DNA of 64,000 nt from assembly GCA_000165425.1 (NCBI GenBank), contig CT868660.1:310001-374000 (forward strand). Reading direction: 5' to 3'. Position 1 is the stretch's first letter, and each line of letters starts with the position of its first letter. The notes beneath the pieces were generated by a model. The model saw only the letters and a program-made list of their open reading frames with translations. It ran no database searches and had not been told where the DNA came from. This document shows, in pieces, positions 26,800-41,368 of the stretch. This stretch comes from Paramecium tetraurelia (Eukaryota). Made by a program: the position numbers and the translations under genes.

Positions 26800-29271
26800 A
26801 TGTAAAAGAAAAGGTTATCATCTGTTGACAGAAACTTTATGTCTTCACTTCGGAAATATGAAGAATATCCCACATCAAAGTAAATGAATGCTTAAAAAAG
26901 AGAAGCATAATTATAAGAGCAATAATTGTTGATTTAGGACATTCAAGCAAATATTTCAGATTTGGAACAGGGAAATTTTGTGAAATGCTTTACAAGTATA
27001 AATCTAATGTTTAATGATCCAAATTATTGCCTTCGAAAGCATATTACTTTTTAATTGTTTGTACCTGAAGAAAAAGATTTCATTGGATTTACAATATTGA
27101 ACCAAAAGGAAATTTGGATTTTATTATTGCTATATTTTGACATAGTGAATTAGGATAAGAATTAATATGCCAGATATCTTTGGTAAAGCATAATTAAGAA
27201 AATGTCTGAATTTTTAAATTATGAACTAAGAGAAGAGGTTATAAATAAAGTCAAACTGTATAAATAATAGTCTAAAATAGCAATTAATTTTAATAAATAA
27301 GTTAATTAGCTAACAAATCATCGTTACTCTTTCCAGGAATATGATGATTAAAGCAAAGAAGGGAAGGAGATTAGTGATAATCTTAAGGAAATTGTATTTG
27401 ATAAATCTAATATGGCAACATTGTCTGATAATTCAATAATTGAAAGAAGTTAAGTTTTAGAATAGAATATTGTGATAATGTATGATCAAGTTGATTCAGC
27501 AACAAATGAGGATGCATCAAATTATGGCCCAAATAATAGTTCACTTGATTTGAATAACGATTTTGTAGAAATCACTTACCATAATTAAAATCCACACGAT
27601 TTTCAAATACCAGATATTTCATTCTAATAGCAATCATAGACAGAAGATTTAATAAAGAATACTATTTTAACAGATTAAGCTAGCAATTAAGTTGAGGTCT
27701 CTTTAATAGCGCAGATGGAACAATTAGGTTTACAGGATAACTAATAATGTGATCAATTGAATAATGCTATTATTGTAGACAATGACAATGATATTCAGGA
27801 TAGCTGTCAAAATTTAGAATTAGATTCAATCAGTTAGACTTCACTTGAAAATGTCAAAATCCAAGAATCATCAATATATTACTAGAAATTCTAAGAAGAA
27901 AATAAATCAACAGAGTATCTTGAAGATAATAAAGTTATCAAGAATTCTTAAGTAAATATTTCAGATTTTGAAAAAATCGATGAAGATTCAATTTCAAATC
28001 CTGATTAATTTTGTAAGAGATCTCACCATACTCCTCAATTTTCTATGAATTAATAGATTATTAATTAGGAAGTAATCGAGGAGTAAAAGAATTCAACCTA
28101 ATAAGATGAACATTAAGAAATTCAGTTTTTAAATTACGATGAACTATTAGCACATGATTAGGCTAAACAGATTTTGAAAAAAGACTTGGAACAATTGGAA
28201 AATGATTCAGGGGATGAAGATAATTAGATAGAAACTAAGCAATAAGAGTCTAATAGAAAAAGGAGTTAATCATGTCTTGAAAATAGGGATATCATTAAAG
28301 TTGAATTATAATAATCTCCAAATAAGGTTAATTCAAAGAAAAAGACTATTGAAGATTACTTTAAACCTAAAAGCAGAAATGAGACAAAGGATTGCAATGC
28401 ACTGGATGAATAATGTGTATAACAAGAGGAATTTCAATAATCTTCACATAATGAGAAAAGGAGAAAAAGTAGAATTAGCAAAATTATGCAATAATCAAAT
28501 GCAAATTTACAACCTGATAATGAATATGATTTATCTTCACAACAGCCATAAAGACAGTAGAATTTGGAACAATCTCATGATCTTGAATCTTAATAATTAT
28601 CTTATCATAAAAAGAGAAAATCATCATTAGTTGATATACAATATGATCAAAATTTTATGGAGAAACATGGATCAGGATATAGATTCGAAATTTAAAAGGC
28701 ACCCAAAAGATTAAAAGAAAAATATTAAGTTGAAGAAATACTAGTCCCAAAGAGATCAAGCAAAAGAATTTAATATCCTCAGAGAAGTGACTTAGAAATA
28801 TCTAAAATGATTATTGCTAATAATGAAATCTTGAATTATTTTACTCCTGCAGATCGATAGTCTTAACAGATATCGGAAGAAATTAATAATAGAGTTCATC
28901 CAATGACATATTTCCATTCTCTTCATAAGAATGATAAAAATCAGATAATCGTTGTAAGTTATTGAACTATTTCCTTTTAGTTATCGAACAATTAAGAGCA
29001 TTTTATTGATGATATCGTTGAGGTGGAGATTTGTATGCAAAATATAAATGATAATGAGAGTCATCATATAGTTAAGGTAATATAAATTATTAATTAGATT
29101 GTAAGTGGGTAATTAAATGGTTAAATAGCAATTGCACAAATAAAAAAATAGAGTTCTGAATAAATCATATTTGAGGATTACAACTTCTACAATAATTATC
29201 TCCACTTTCATCATTAACAACCATAGACTATCTACTTACCATTAGGCAGCTATTTAATTAATTAAAATTGA
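26800..29271 (+). CDS. Hypothetical protein with a long acidic/Q-rich disordered middle
   Basis: Long code-6 frame from ATG 26800; two introns near 28955 and 29077; TGA at 29269-29271. Confidence 0.75.
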
Positions 29272-29514
29272 CTATATTATATTTAGTATTAAAATATTAG
29301 CTAGAAATATTTCTAAAATATATGAGATTGGCTAAAACAGAAATTCTTTACAAGATTTTAAATGACTATACATTTTAATGCAAAAATCAAGTACAAATTT
29401 AAATTCAATCCAAAATGTGCTAGAAGCATTTCTGATGAACAATAATTATCAGAATTAAAACATATTTAAATATTTCTATATTATAATGGTTAGATTCATT
29501 AAATTAGATTTTAA

Positions 29515-32500
29515 ATGGAATCTTATTTTAAATAGATGATTATGATCTTGCTAGCTATATCAATTTTCAATAGAGTCAATTCACAATAGACATATGAGAA
29601 AGTAACCTATTATCTAGACACAACTACATCGGCTCTAAACTTGACTTGCCAAGGTCAAACAAGGGTTTATCAATCAGCAATCTCAGGAACATGGAGTGTT
29701 ATGTAATTCTAAATCAATACTGGTTATGGTTATCTGAGCTTATTTTATACTTTGGAATTGCATACGCCAACTATTTTAAACAATGATATTATCTTTTTGG
29801 AAAGTGGCTAAATTGTATATACAATATAAAGATTTGCTTCTGGATCAATTTTAACTAATTTCTGTTCTTCAACAAGTTATGTTCAATTTATTTAGTTTAC
29901 TTCAAGCACTATGATGAATCAACAATAAGCTACACTCTATGTTAAAACTAATACTGCAATCACATTTTAGATTAAGAACTTAAATATTTATGCTGAGAGG
30001 TGTTAGTTGCATTGCAAAACATGTAATGAATTTAAATAATGCACTGAATGTATGCCAAATTTTACAATTGGTTAATGGGGACGATGTTAATGTGATTCGT
30101 CATTTCTAACTTATTACTAAGGATAATGTATTACTTCATGTCCTGCTAATCATATTTTTGATGGTACTACATGTATTCAATACAGCTAATTAATAAATTT
30201 ATTATATGATGATACAGCATCAAAATTTACGATGTACCCAGACTACAATACAACTTAGAGAGAATGTAAAACTACTTTAGAAGGTAAATAAGTAGCAGGC
30301 CTATTTATTTAGAATGAAATTGTAGAATATAGAATTAGTAATCCAACGGCTACACCTATCAATATTTAAATTGAAGCAGAGTTTTATCTTTTCAATCTCC
30401 AGTTAAAATAGTCTTTAGATTTGTTTCTCAAGTTAAATGATTACTTGATATCTAAAACCTTAATAATGAATACTATAGCAAGTCAATTATCAGCTTTAGT
30501 AACAATAAATCAACATTTATGTTATATAGTTGGATTTGATTCTTGCCTAAGGTTTACCATAATATAAAAATTTGAGAATGTTTTAGATCCTTAATCAATC
30601 TAATTTTAATTAAATATTCCATTAGAAAGAAAGGAAATCACTTGGGCTATTTCCTCTATTAATGTTAATGCTGTTTATTTAAGTCCAATTACTTGCCCTT
30701 TTAAGAGATTTCAGAATGAATGTGTTGATGAATGCCCAATAACTTCAAGGACTTCAGGTAGTGAATGTATTAGCATAATTAACGATTACAAATTTTCGAA
30801 AATATTATTGATTCAAAACACTGACAATTTTGCAATAAAATAACAATTCAACGTTTAGAATCCTTGTTATTTATTAGAAAATACAATAAGCTTAAATTGT
30901 AAATTTTATTTAAAACGGTATCTCTAAGGAGGTGAGTTGACGTGGAGAGATTACTAAATTAAATTGAAACTTAACAACCTGTCTCCTCATTATAAATTGA
31001 AACTATTTTTAAAGGCCATACTGATAGATCCTGTGGATAGTCAATAGAGTTTAATAGTGAGTATAGATGAAACCAAATATGTATTAAACAAAAATTCGCC
31101 CAATTCCTATTGTTTCAGTGGCGTAGTTACAGCAGGTTGTATAATTCAGGAAGATCTTGGTACATCAACTGCGGATTACTTAATTAACTTTGAACAAGAA
31201 TTTGATCATTCGAATACTGATTTAGAGATTGGGTTTACTTGTAACATAAAGAGATTTGTTAACTCTTATTGTACAATGTATGATATAATAGTTCTTTAAG
31301 CAAATTGTCCTGAAAATTGTTAATATTGTACCTCAGATTCTGTTTGTATACAAGCAGAATAATATCTTTAAGTATTTTATGATTGCCCAAGTGAAGGCTA
31401 TTATTATTCTTAGGGCGCTTGCTTGAGTTGTTTAAGCTTTTGTAAAACATGCACTGATGGTTTTTATTGTACGACTTGCAAGGATTAATATGTTAAATTT
31501 GGAAATTTATGTTTTTGCAAATTCAATTTAGCCTTGGCAACATACACTGATTGTTCAGAGGAGGATTGCCATCCCTCATGCTCAAAATGCTTAAGAAAAC
31601 CTTATGCAGGTTATAATCACGCACTTTAATTCGCATCTTTGCTTTGTGCTAGTTGTGATAGAAATGAACATAAAGTTCTTAGTTTTGATATTTGTGAATG
31701 TTTCTAAGGCTATTATATGGATCAATTTAGTTATCCAAACAAATGTATACTATGTAGAGAAACATGTAAAACTTGTTCTGATGCAACATCTTGTTTGACG
31801 TGTTTTCCAGAATAAAATAGAATACTACAAGATTATCAATGTTAATGCATATAAGGCTATTTTGAAAATGGATTGGACTTTGCTTGTATAAAATGTAAAC
31901 AGACTTGTAAATATTGTTTATACAAGGAGGAATATTGCACTAAATGTTACCCAGAATAATATAGATAGTTATCAATATAAAACACATGCATATGCTAAGC
32001 TGGATATTATGAAGACACTACTACAGAAATTTGTTTAAGTAATTTTATAATTGTATTTTTTAGAATGTAGTGATTATTGTAATACTTGTTCAGACTTTTC
32101 AATCTGCACATCATGCAATGATTTTCAATTCAGGACATTGGATTTACGTACTAAATAGTGTATATGTTAATCAGGCTATTACGATATCTAATAATTAGAT
32201 TGTTCACCATGTTACTATGCCTGCAGCAAGTGTAACAATTCTGATCTTATATCCTAATGTACTGCATGTCCTAATTCAAGGTAGAAATCAGCCCATAATA
32301 TTGAAACTTTTGAATGTAAATGTAAAAAGGGGTATTTTGATGATGGATATTTGGAATGTCTACCTTGTAATAGTATGATCAATCCACCAATTACACATTA
32401 TTGTTACTCTCATTGTGGAGATCTGATCATCTAATGGAATGAAGAGTGTGATGATGGAAACTTAGATCCAAGAGATGGATGCAATCAGTGTTTTCTATAA

Positions 32501-34609
32501 AATCCTAATTGCATTGATAATATCTGTTTATAATGTTAAAACAACAAATGTCTTTAATGTATAGATGGATATTATTTAAATAATGATTATGCATGTATTC
32601 AATGTTCTGATGAATGTTCTAAGTGTGAATCTTCATAGAATAATTGTACATAATGTAAGTTTAACAAACTAAGCACTGATAAATGCTTAAATTGTTCCTA
32701 AGAGTAAGGTTTTGTCCAAATAGATGACGAGTGTTTTAGTATATGTGGAGATGGTATTCGAACATTTTAGGAGTTTTGTGATGATGGAAATCAATTAATA
32801 GGAGATGGCTGTGATTAGTACTGTAATGTAGAAGATGGCTATATTTGCAATCTTCAATGCGAAAAGATTAACTATCTTGAAATTCTGCTGAAGGAAGATC
32901 ATTTAGACACTATTTATGATTCCATTAGAACAATCGAATTGAAACTCAATCAAGAAGTTAAGATTGCTACAAATAATTCTATAATAGATTTTATCAAAAT
33001 TACCTCTACTACTCCTAATCTTATATTAACTGTCATAAACGTTAAGGACTATTCGTCTTTTAAAAATGATTATTTTAATGTCGGTTTAGATTTGTCTATA
33101 GAATTGAATTCATCTGCAATTTCTCCAAACATTACAGTAACTATTTAAAATTATACTCTTTTTACTAATTAGCAAGGGTATACCTTTAAAACTAACAATG
33201 CGTCAATATAATTGATTGATTTCATCAAGCAGGATCAATTTGTCCTTAAAAATAGTCAAAATTTAATTTAAATGAGTTCATATTTCCTTTATATATTATT
33301 AGGATTAGCAATCCTAGCCATGATATTCGGAGGTTTGGACATATTTTGGAATCTTTTGGATACTTTGTAACTAATTTGTTATTTAAAATATTTTAATGTA
33401 TCCTACCCTTATAATCTTTAATACTATTTCACTATTTTTGGGTTTGCTGAATTTGACTTTATTAAATCTTACTTTGATTTTGAATACTTGATTACTCAAT
33501 ATGTAGACACTCCAGAAGCTGATCCAAAATTTAATTCAGAAGGGTATTCTACTGTTTTTTTAATTAATATAATTTCTGTCCTTTTTGTATTTCTAACTAC
33601 TAGTGCTACTTTTATGATTATAAAAGCCCTATTGTACTTTATAAATAAAATTACAAAAGACTTTTCTGAAGATATGATATTAAACGAAAGAGAAAAAATT
33701 AATTTATTCACTTTTCTATTTTACAAAATGGCTAATAGTTGCTAAAAATATTTCCTAAAAATTGTGACGGAGTTTAAAAGTGCAATCATTAGAACTTTTA
33801 TGGCTTCTGCCTATGATTTAAACATAGCTATCTTTTTGTAATTTAAGGATATACATTTTGATCACCCTATATTAAGATTGAGTAGTATTTGTGCTATTTT
33901 TGTGTTTTTTTTGGAAGTATATTTTATCTATAATGGTTTCGTATTTATGAGTAAGGACTAAGCAATATATAAGTTACCGAATACCAAATAAAATTATGGG
34001 TCACTTTTTGAAGGTTTAAATTTAGAAAGAAATCGTTTCAATTATTATTTTAATCTATTCATTGTTGTTAAAAAGGTTGCTTTCATAGCCTTGCTAGTGT
34101 TTCTGTATAACACTCCCTGTTTATAAATTAGCTTAGTGTCTCTATTAAGTTTAACTCAAGGTTTATTTTTATTCTTTAATCAATCATTGGAAGATCATAA
34201 TGAGCTTACTAAATAAATTACTTGTGAAATTATTTTATGGATAGCAGAAATTTTAATTTTGACATTTGGGTTTAATGAGTAAAGTAATATTTTGAATCGT
34301 TTGTAAATTCTAAATATTGGATGGATCGTAATGGGATTTTTATCCCTAATAATATTTGTTTAATTAATAATTGATTGCAGACAACACTTTTAGTTCCTTA
34401 ATGAAAAATATCTATTGCTCAAAAAATTAAGACTTTGGTTTCAATAATATTTTAAATAGGATGAAGTTCAATCATCCTTATATACTGATTCTAGTTAGTT
34501 TTCGATAATATTTCATAAAAAGCAAAAATAATTACCAAACATTCCGTCAGTTTAAGGCTCAGAGAAGTAAATAAATCAACGTCGTATTGTCTCTTTTAAT
34601 TTGAGGTGA
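29515..34609 (+). CDS. Large Cys-rich (furin-like/EGF and CGDG..EECDDGN repeats) membrane protein with a C-terminal multi-TM domain
   Basis: Signal peptide; many CxxCxxC repeats; CGDLIIQWNEECDDGN..DGC and CGDGIRTFQEFCDDGN..DGC; TM region GGLDIFWNLLDTLQLICYLKYFNVSYPYNL; intron near 32039-32063. Confidence 0.9.
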
Positions 34610-34869
34610 ATTATGGATGATTGTATACTATTTAATTGGTTATATTGCATTAATCTAAATAATTATTAATTTCTTAATTTGTTTTTATGTATCTAAGATC
34701 ATAAATATATCTTTAGTTTTATAAATTCACAATATGGTTAAATTTTAATAAAATTATATTTTTATAGATGTACTTTAATTATCATAGAGGAAGGGTGTAA
34801 TAATATGATTTGAGATTTAGAATAAAATAATTTTAAAACTAGCAGATGACAAAAATTATAAAATCAATA

Positions 34870-35202
34870 TCATGATGTTAATTTAACAAATGTAGGTAAA
34901 CGTCTCCATTTTGTTTCCGTACAAGTTAAATTCTCATCTAAAATAAATTTAAAGTGGGGAAAATAAGAAGTCTCAGGAATTCTATTATAATAAAGATAGC
35001 CATACAATTCAATCGCATTGAATTCTTCTTCTAAATTTTTGTTAATGAACAAATTTGATGGATTAAGTAAATCAACAACTTCAGTATAACTAATATTTTG
35101 AGGACGATTAGTCTTTTTGGATGTAGCATTGCTTTTCTTTTTTTTTCTAGTCTGCCCTTCTAAAGAATCATTGGTTGACAAAGATCTCAAAGAGTCATTC
35201 AT
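34870..35202 (-). CDS. Small hypothetical protein with a basic NLS-like RKKKK
   Basis: 110-aa frame MNDSLRSLS...KWRRLPTFVKLTS-TGA, also present in the ORF track. Confidence 0.65.
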   Translation of the reverse strand: MNDSLRSLSTNDSLEGQTRKKKKSNATSKKTNRPQNISYTEVVDLLNPSNLFINKNLEEEFNAIELYGYLYYNRIPETSYFPHFKFILDENLTCTETKWRRLPTFVKLTS

Positions 35203-35890
35203 GAAATTAGCAGTTAGATATATAATAAAAATATTAATCAAATTAAAAGTCTCAACGATAATTTCTTTACTTTCATAGCAATTTATCAAAGACACCTAAT
35301 AATATCTAATTCTATCTAATACAAAAGAGATTCTTTTAATGACATAATTACGGGTGAAGAAGTTCTACAAATAGATTTCAAAGAGAGACACTTTCAATCA
35401 ATTCTTCATCTTTGATAAATTATAAGATATCGGATTAAAATGGTATATCAGCATTAATATACTAGTATTAAGTATGTTATTTTAATATAGAACTATCATT
35501 TTCTTTGAATTCGAGTTCTTAAAATAATTCTAAGAAAATAAATATATTGATAATATTTGGAACTATTACTAAAATATGTGATAACATACTAACAATTCAA
35601 ATTAATACTATTATGATAATTTATCATATTTAATCATTTTAATAAATCAGAAAAAAAATGAAAAAAAGTCTTTCAAATAATAATTATAATCTATTATTCC
35701 ATCCCACACAGTATAGAATTGATATATAATTGCATAACCACTTAAATTTGAACTAAGAAATTATTAAATAAATTAGTGATATCTAAAAGTATGATTTTAT
35801 TGAACATTCATTATATATAATTAAGGAAATTGAAAATTATAATTAAATTTTTAACAAATAAATACTTAAATTAAATTTATTTAAATTAAA

Positions 35891-38800
35891 ATGTATATTG
35901 ATGAATTGCCGGTTGGATAATAAAAGCAAAATTTCATGGTGGAAGAGTTCCCTCCAGGTAAGTTACATCAAATAAATTAGATTTCGATCCTTAGTAATTT
36001 GATAAAGTTGATTTGCCATTGAAGTAAAGAATAAAATCAAAGGTTTGGAAAGTAAGACTTCAAGCATACGAGGAATTGGCAAATGAGTAAGAAATTGAGT
36101 ATGAGTGCATTTTATAAATAACACAGGATATACATGTTTAATGCCAAGAGAAGGCTCTCTAAATAGCACTAAAATATTTTGAATAGCATCATTAACTAGA
36201 ATCTTCACAACAGAAAGAGATAATAAAAGTGTTGATAGAAAAAGTGTTAATATAATAGAAATTAAAACAAAATGGATATTAATTGGCCATTATACTCTTT
36301 CCATATTGTAAATAAGCTATTTTTGAAATTATAATTGCAGAGTTAACTCATAAAAATCCTAAAATAGTGTAAGCAACCATCAGTCTGTTATTGGAGTTAC
36401 TTCAATAATATGGTGTCAAGAAATTAGATAATTTAAAACCTTTTTTCCCCATCCTATCAAAACTAACGGAGGCATAGTAAACTACAATAAAGGTTGATGC
36501 AATATCCTTTTATAAAGAAGTGACAAGATGGTTTGGAAAGAACATTGAAGCATTTTTTAGTGGATTGAATGAGAAACTCCAATAAGAGCTAAAGAAAATT
36601 GCAGAAACAATAACAGAAGTTCAAAAAGCACCTAGTCAAGATGGGGATTTTGAAACAGGAAATTAATAATTGTATGATTTGGCAGAAGCAGTTGAAGTAT
36701 TTCCTAAATTCACAGATTCTTGGTGTGAAAAGGTTTTTTAACTTGAGAAATGGTAAGAGAAAAAGGAACAATTAGAAAATTTATAAAAAGCATGCTCGGT
36801 AACAAAAATGATACCATCACCAAATGTGTATTCAATTGTATAACTTTTGAAGAAATTAATCAACGAGTAAAACATAGCCATATGTATAATGAGTATAAAG
36901 ATAGCTGGACTTTTGGCTAATGGATTAAGAAAGAATTTCGGTTAGTATGTTAAAATACTAATACAACCATTATTCGCAAGACTTAAGGATAAAAAGTAAA
37001 GTATAGTTGATGATACAATAATATCATTAAAAAAGTTCTTCCATTGTTGTACACTTGATGATCTATTTGAAGAAATTAAGGCTTTATTAGATGATAAGGC
37101 ATCCAGCCCAAAACTTAATGCTTTTTTACTGGTAGAGTATTGTTTAGATGAAATCACAAAAGATAAACTAGTTAAACTTCATTGTATAAAATAATTGGTT
37201 CCAATTTGTAAGAAATTAAGTGACGATGGAAATGCGGAAGTCAGAAGCAAAGCAATTATGTTATTGGCTAAAGTATCTGTATAACTGTATAATGGTTCAA
37301 TGGCTCGATAGATCTAAAGGGAGACAAATTTACAAAGTATCAAGCCCAAGTTAACATTTATCTTGAAGGAATTAAAGCTCTATAAGGCAATAGTACAGAA
37401 ATCTAATGTACACAGAAATCAACTTAATAATAAAATAAAGAAAATATCTAATAAAATTAACAAGTCATTACTTCAAAACCAGAAGTTACTCATTAAACTA
37501 AGCCGTAACCCATAGTACAACAATAAGGTAATTAGGAAGGCCTAAGATTTAAAGTATCAATCTACAATGACTACTAACTAAGTTGAGGTGTTTTTAAAAT
37601 AGTATAAAACAAAAAATAAGGATATGAATGAACTTGGAAATATTTTATTAACTATTAATTAATAATCTAAGTAAATTTTAACATTCATTATGGATTACAT
37701 TGTTGAGAAATTAGGAGATTAAAAATAACTTTGCTATTAACTATTTGAAAAATGCTTCTAATCATATAAGCCAAATCATATATCTCAACTTATAATCAGC
37801 TTTAAGAATGCTCCTACTTAGGTGTAATTAATTGAAGTCTTGACTTTATTACTTAAATACATTCCTTTAAGTGATAAAACAATTGATTAATAGTTAATTT
37901 CAGAATTTTTAAAAGGTTTTCAAAATCAATCAAACTAAAAGGCGAAGCTACTTGTAATTGATTGCTAGAATGCATTAAAATAATTGTTTGAAATAAAAAA
38001 GGTTCCATCAGAAACAAAACCAGCAATTCCATTTTCATTGACATAATTTAGTGATCTATAAATTGAACGATTGAAAGAACAATTAAAAGTACCTTAAATC
38101 CCTTAGAATTTATATGATAAATTGTTTAGTTACAATCCTTAATAAAATTTAGCTGCTGCATCTTATGTCAGATAAAAAATTGCATAGCCAGCTGAATTCA
38201 CAGAAATCTTTTTTAAATGGGGCTATTTAATCTCATGGTTTAAGGAAAGCATCCCTTTGCAAACAGAAATAATGATGCTATTTTAACATCTGACTTCTTA
38301 GCATAAACTCACATAACTGGAGCATTAAATTATAACGTATTACATTAAAATGATGATCTTATTATATATAAGAAATGGAATGCCAAAATTAGCTCAAAGA
38401 ACTTTGCCATTACTTATGAATTTATTAGCAGAATCACAGAAATAAATTACTTAAATATAACAATTAGCTTAATTTGATGAATTTGATGATGTCTCCAATT
38501 CATAAGCTAATTAAATAATTAAATAAATGCAAGACAAAATCTCTGAATGGAATTGTAATTCTTAATTATAGTAAAAATCTATCCTAATTTACTTAATGTC
38601 ATTTATAAATAAAGAGGATATTTTGAAAGAAAAGATTCTAGAGTAGAGAAAGCCATCAATTAGGCTTGAAGGCATCTTAACTTCAAATATTGATTGTTAA
38701 AACAAATAAGAATTAGTCTAAAGTTCTCAAAAACTTCTTTAAAAGTAGCTTTCTGATAAAATAATGACTTTTCCAAGTTGTTCATAAAAGAAATTGTTAT

Positions 38801-39885
38801 AGTAATAAAATTTTAATTTACAATAAAATCAAAGTATAAACAGTGGGAACAAAAATATCAGTTCTTCTTAAATTCTAAATGTGAAAGAAAATGAACATGA
38901 TATAATTTTGAGAAGCTTTAATTAGATGTATTATAAATTCAGAGAAACCAATTGTATTGAGAATTCTTAAAGCTTTGCAGAACAAATCATATTTCTATTA
39001 GGCGCTCTTTTTAATGATGAATGCTATGATAAAATGAATGAGTTCTTGGAGAAATTGATTCATATCTTATCATCAAATCACTTTTACAAAAGCATTTCGT
39101 ATCAATAATTTTATGTTATTTTTGATACTTTAATATTTAAAATGGTTGAATAATCAACTAAAAATAATGTTAAGGATGGAGCATAGAAATGCTGTTATAA
39201 TTTAATCAATTCAAATTTAATCAAGATTTTAAACAATCAAGATTTATGTAATCTATATTTAGCTTTCCTGGATATATTAATAAAAGTAAAAGAATCTGAC
39301 ACTTAAACCAAATAATTTTATGTATTAGTAACCAAATGTTTAAGTAAATCTGCAGATCAATTAAAGGGATAATTCTAATGGTCCTAAGTGTAAGCAATTT
39401 TGGAAAAAATTCATTAATATTTGAGTAAATCTCAACAACCTTAAGTAAACCTTGAATACACCCAATATCATAATTGCTTATTGAATGCTCTCAAAACTAC
39501 AGTAGTATTTTTCTTTAACTACAATGATGGTATTAAAGTGTATTAATTTATCATGCAAAACACTAATGAAACCTCAATTTTAAGATAATGGATATTAGAG
39601 GTATAAGAAAAGAATAATACTCATCTAATAGTAGATTTAGCTAAATATCGAAGATCAAGAGACACAAATTTTACTCAAATAGTTGAATTACTCAAAATTG
39701 ATTTTGATAAAACTGTAGAATAATTTGTACCCATTGTAAGAAGATAAAATATAAATTGGAAACCTCTAGTTTAATTTTTGAATTCTGATCAAATAAAATT
39801 TATAGAATAGAGATTAGAATAGACATCGCATATGAATATTTTAGAAAAAAAAGTTGGTGAATTGGAAAAGATGCTTAATTAATGA
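35891..39885 (+). CDS. CKAP5: XMAP215/ch-TOG/Dis1-family microtubule polymerase
   Basis: TOG1 LPLKQRIKSKVWKVRLQAYEEL; TOG2 YDLAEAVEVF...LEKWQEKKEQLE, RLKDKK, DGNAEVR; HEAT-like C-terminal half. Confidence 0.88.
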
Positions 39886-40494
39886 AATTATAATTAAAAC
39901 TTTTAAAGTAATATTTACTTTCTTGATAGTAGTAATTCTATGATTTTTTTTTGTTTAATTCTAATTTATTTTATTAATTAAGTGCTTTATAATTTATATA
40001 TAATTCCATGTAATTTTCAATAATATAAAGGATAATTAATATTAACATCTAAATTATTTGATGGCAATTCTGGAACCTATTTTGTATGTAAATAATAAAA
40101 ATATCTGTTTTGGTAAAAATTAAGGTTGATATATTAATTAAAATTTCCAATATATATTAGAATATTATTCCATTTTGGCACTAAAAAAATACAATTTTAT
40201 CTACGTAGATTATGATAAACTTGGATACAAGTATTTAAATAGATGACCATTCAAAGATCTAAATTATCGCTTAATTTTTATTTAATATTAATAATTTCAA
40301 ATTGAAAATCTATATATATTTAGCAATAACTGATGCTTAGAAGTGATTTTTTTTAATTCTTTTCATCCCCATTATTATTAGTAGCCATTCCGTGATTATT
40401 TCTGTATCTCCTTGTTTAGCATAAATAATAATATTTGATAGATAGAAAGAAACTTAAAATCAATTGAAATGAGAATTAATTTATTATCAATTAA

Positions 40495-41040
40495 TCAACT
40501 TTCATCATTATTTAATTACAACCAGCCACAAATAAATGGTTCTGTAGGTTCTGTTTTTTATGGAGGATCTTCAAAATATTTTTTTGTGCTTCTCAATTTT
40601 TTTTGATAAATTTGATTTGATAAATTATCTAAAGTCAATGGTTTATCCTATTTTTCGTTGATTAGCCCTGATCTTTGTGATTAGTTTTTTTATCCCATGA
40701 CTTTTATTTCTTAATTTGTTACTTTTCTAATTAATAACGAGAGTCTCAATTCTTGCTCTGTGGGATGTGAAATTTTAGGTTTTAACTTTTATTTTGGTTT
40801 GATACTCTCCAAAGCGTGAATATTTATATTAGAGGGTTAATTAATTTAAGTGTCATATCGAAATGAACGTGATTAATGCCTTTTATCTTCATTGATAGGT
40901 GGTAATTTTTGGACAATTTTGTTAACATACAATTTGCTAAATTCATTGGTATTATCATTATAGTGATTTCTATCTTAGTATTTTTAGTAGTGAAATGATT
41001 ATTTGTTTCTTTGATATAGAAATCGACTTGTTAGACTCAT
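40495..41040 (-). CDS. Hypothetical protein
   Basis: Intronless code-6 frame MSLTSRFLYQ...KLPPINE...FICGWLQLNNDES-TGA. Confidence 0.65.
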
Positions 41041-41166
41041 AAATTAATATTTGCAATATTTAATTTTTATTCTTTTAAACTTAATTCATAACAATTATAA
41101 AAAAAATAAAAACAACGGTAAAGTTACTACCATATCTATAGAGCAGGATTAGATAAAAGTCGTTAA

Positions 41167-41238
41167 GGGAGTATAGCTCAGTAGCAGAGCAGCAGACTGC
41201 AGATCTGTAGGTCTCAGGTGCGAACCCTGATGCTCCCT
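41167..41238 (+). tRNA. trnC-GCA: tRNA-Cys (anticodon GCA)
   Basis: Acceptor GGGAGTA/TGCTCCC, D-stem GCTC/GAGC, anticodon arm GCAGA-CTGCAGA-TCTGT, T-stem TCAGG/CCTGA, discriminator T. Confidence 0.93.
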
Positions 41239-41240
41239 TC

Positions 41241-41247
41241 TTTTTTT
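41241..41247 (+). terminator. RNA polymerase III poly-T terminator
   Basis: Run of T immediately 3' of the tRNA. Confidence 0.7.
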
Positions 41248-41368
41248 ATTTTATATAAAATAATTAATAACTAATAATTAATAATTAATCAATTAAAATT
41301 ATAATTAAAATTAAAATTAAAATTAAAAATTTTGCGAGTTGTATTATTTACGAATTTTCAATAAATAA

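Noticed and set aside
28745..28800. KRSSKRIQYP resembling a CENP-C motif ahead of a beta-rich C-terminus
   Set aside because: Lacks the diagnostic aromatic YW/FW pair; similarity too weak to call
41255..41330. (AATTAA)n-like repeat downstream of the tRNA
   Set aside because: Simple AT-rich low-complexity sequence; neither telomeric nor a spaced array
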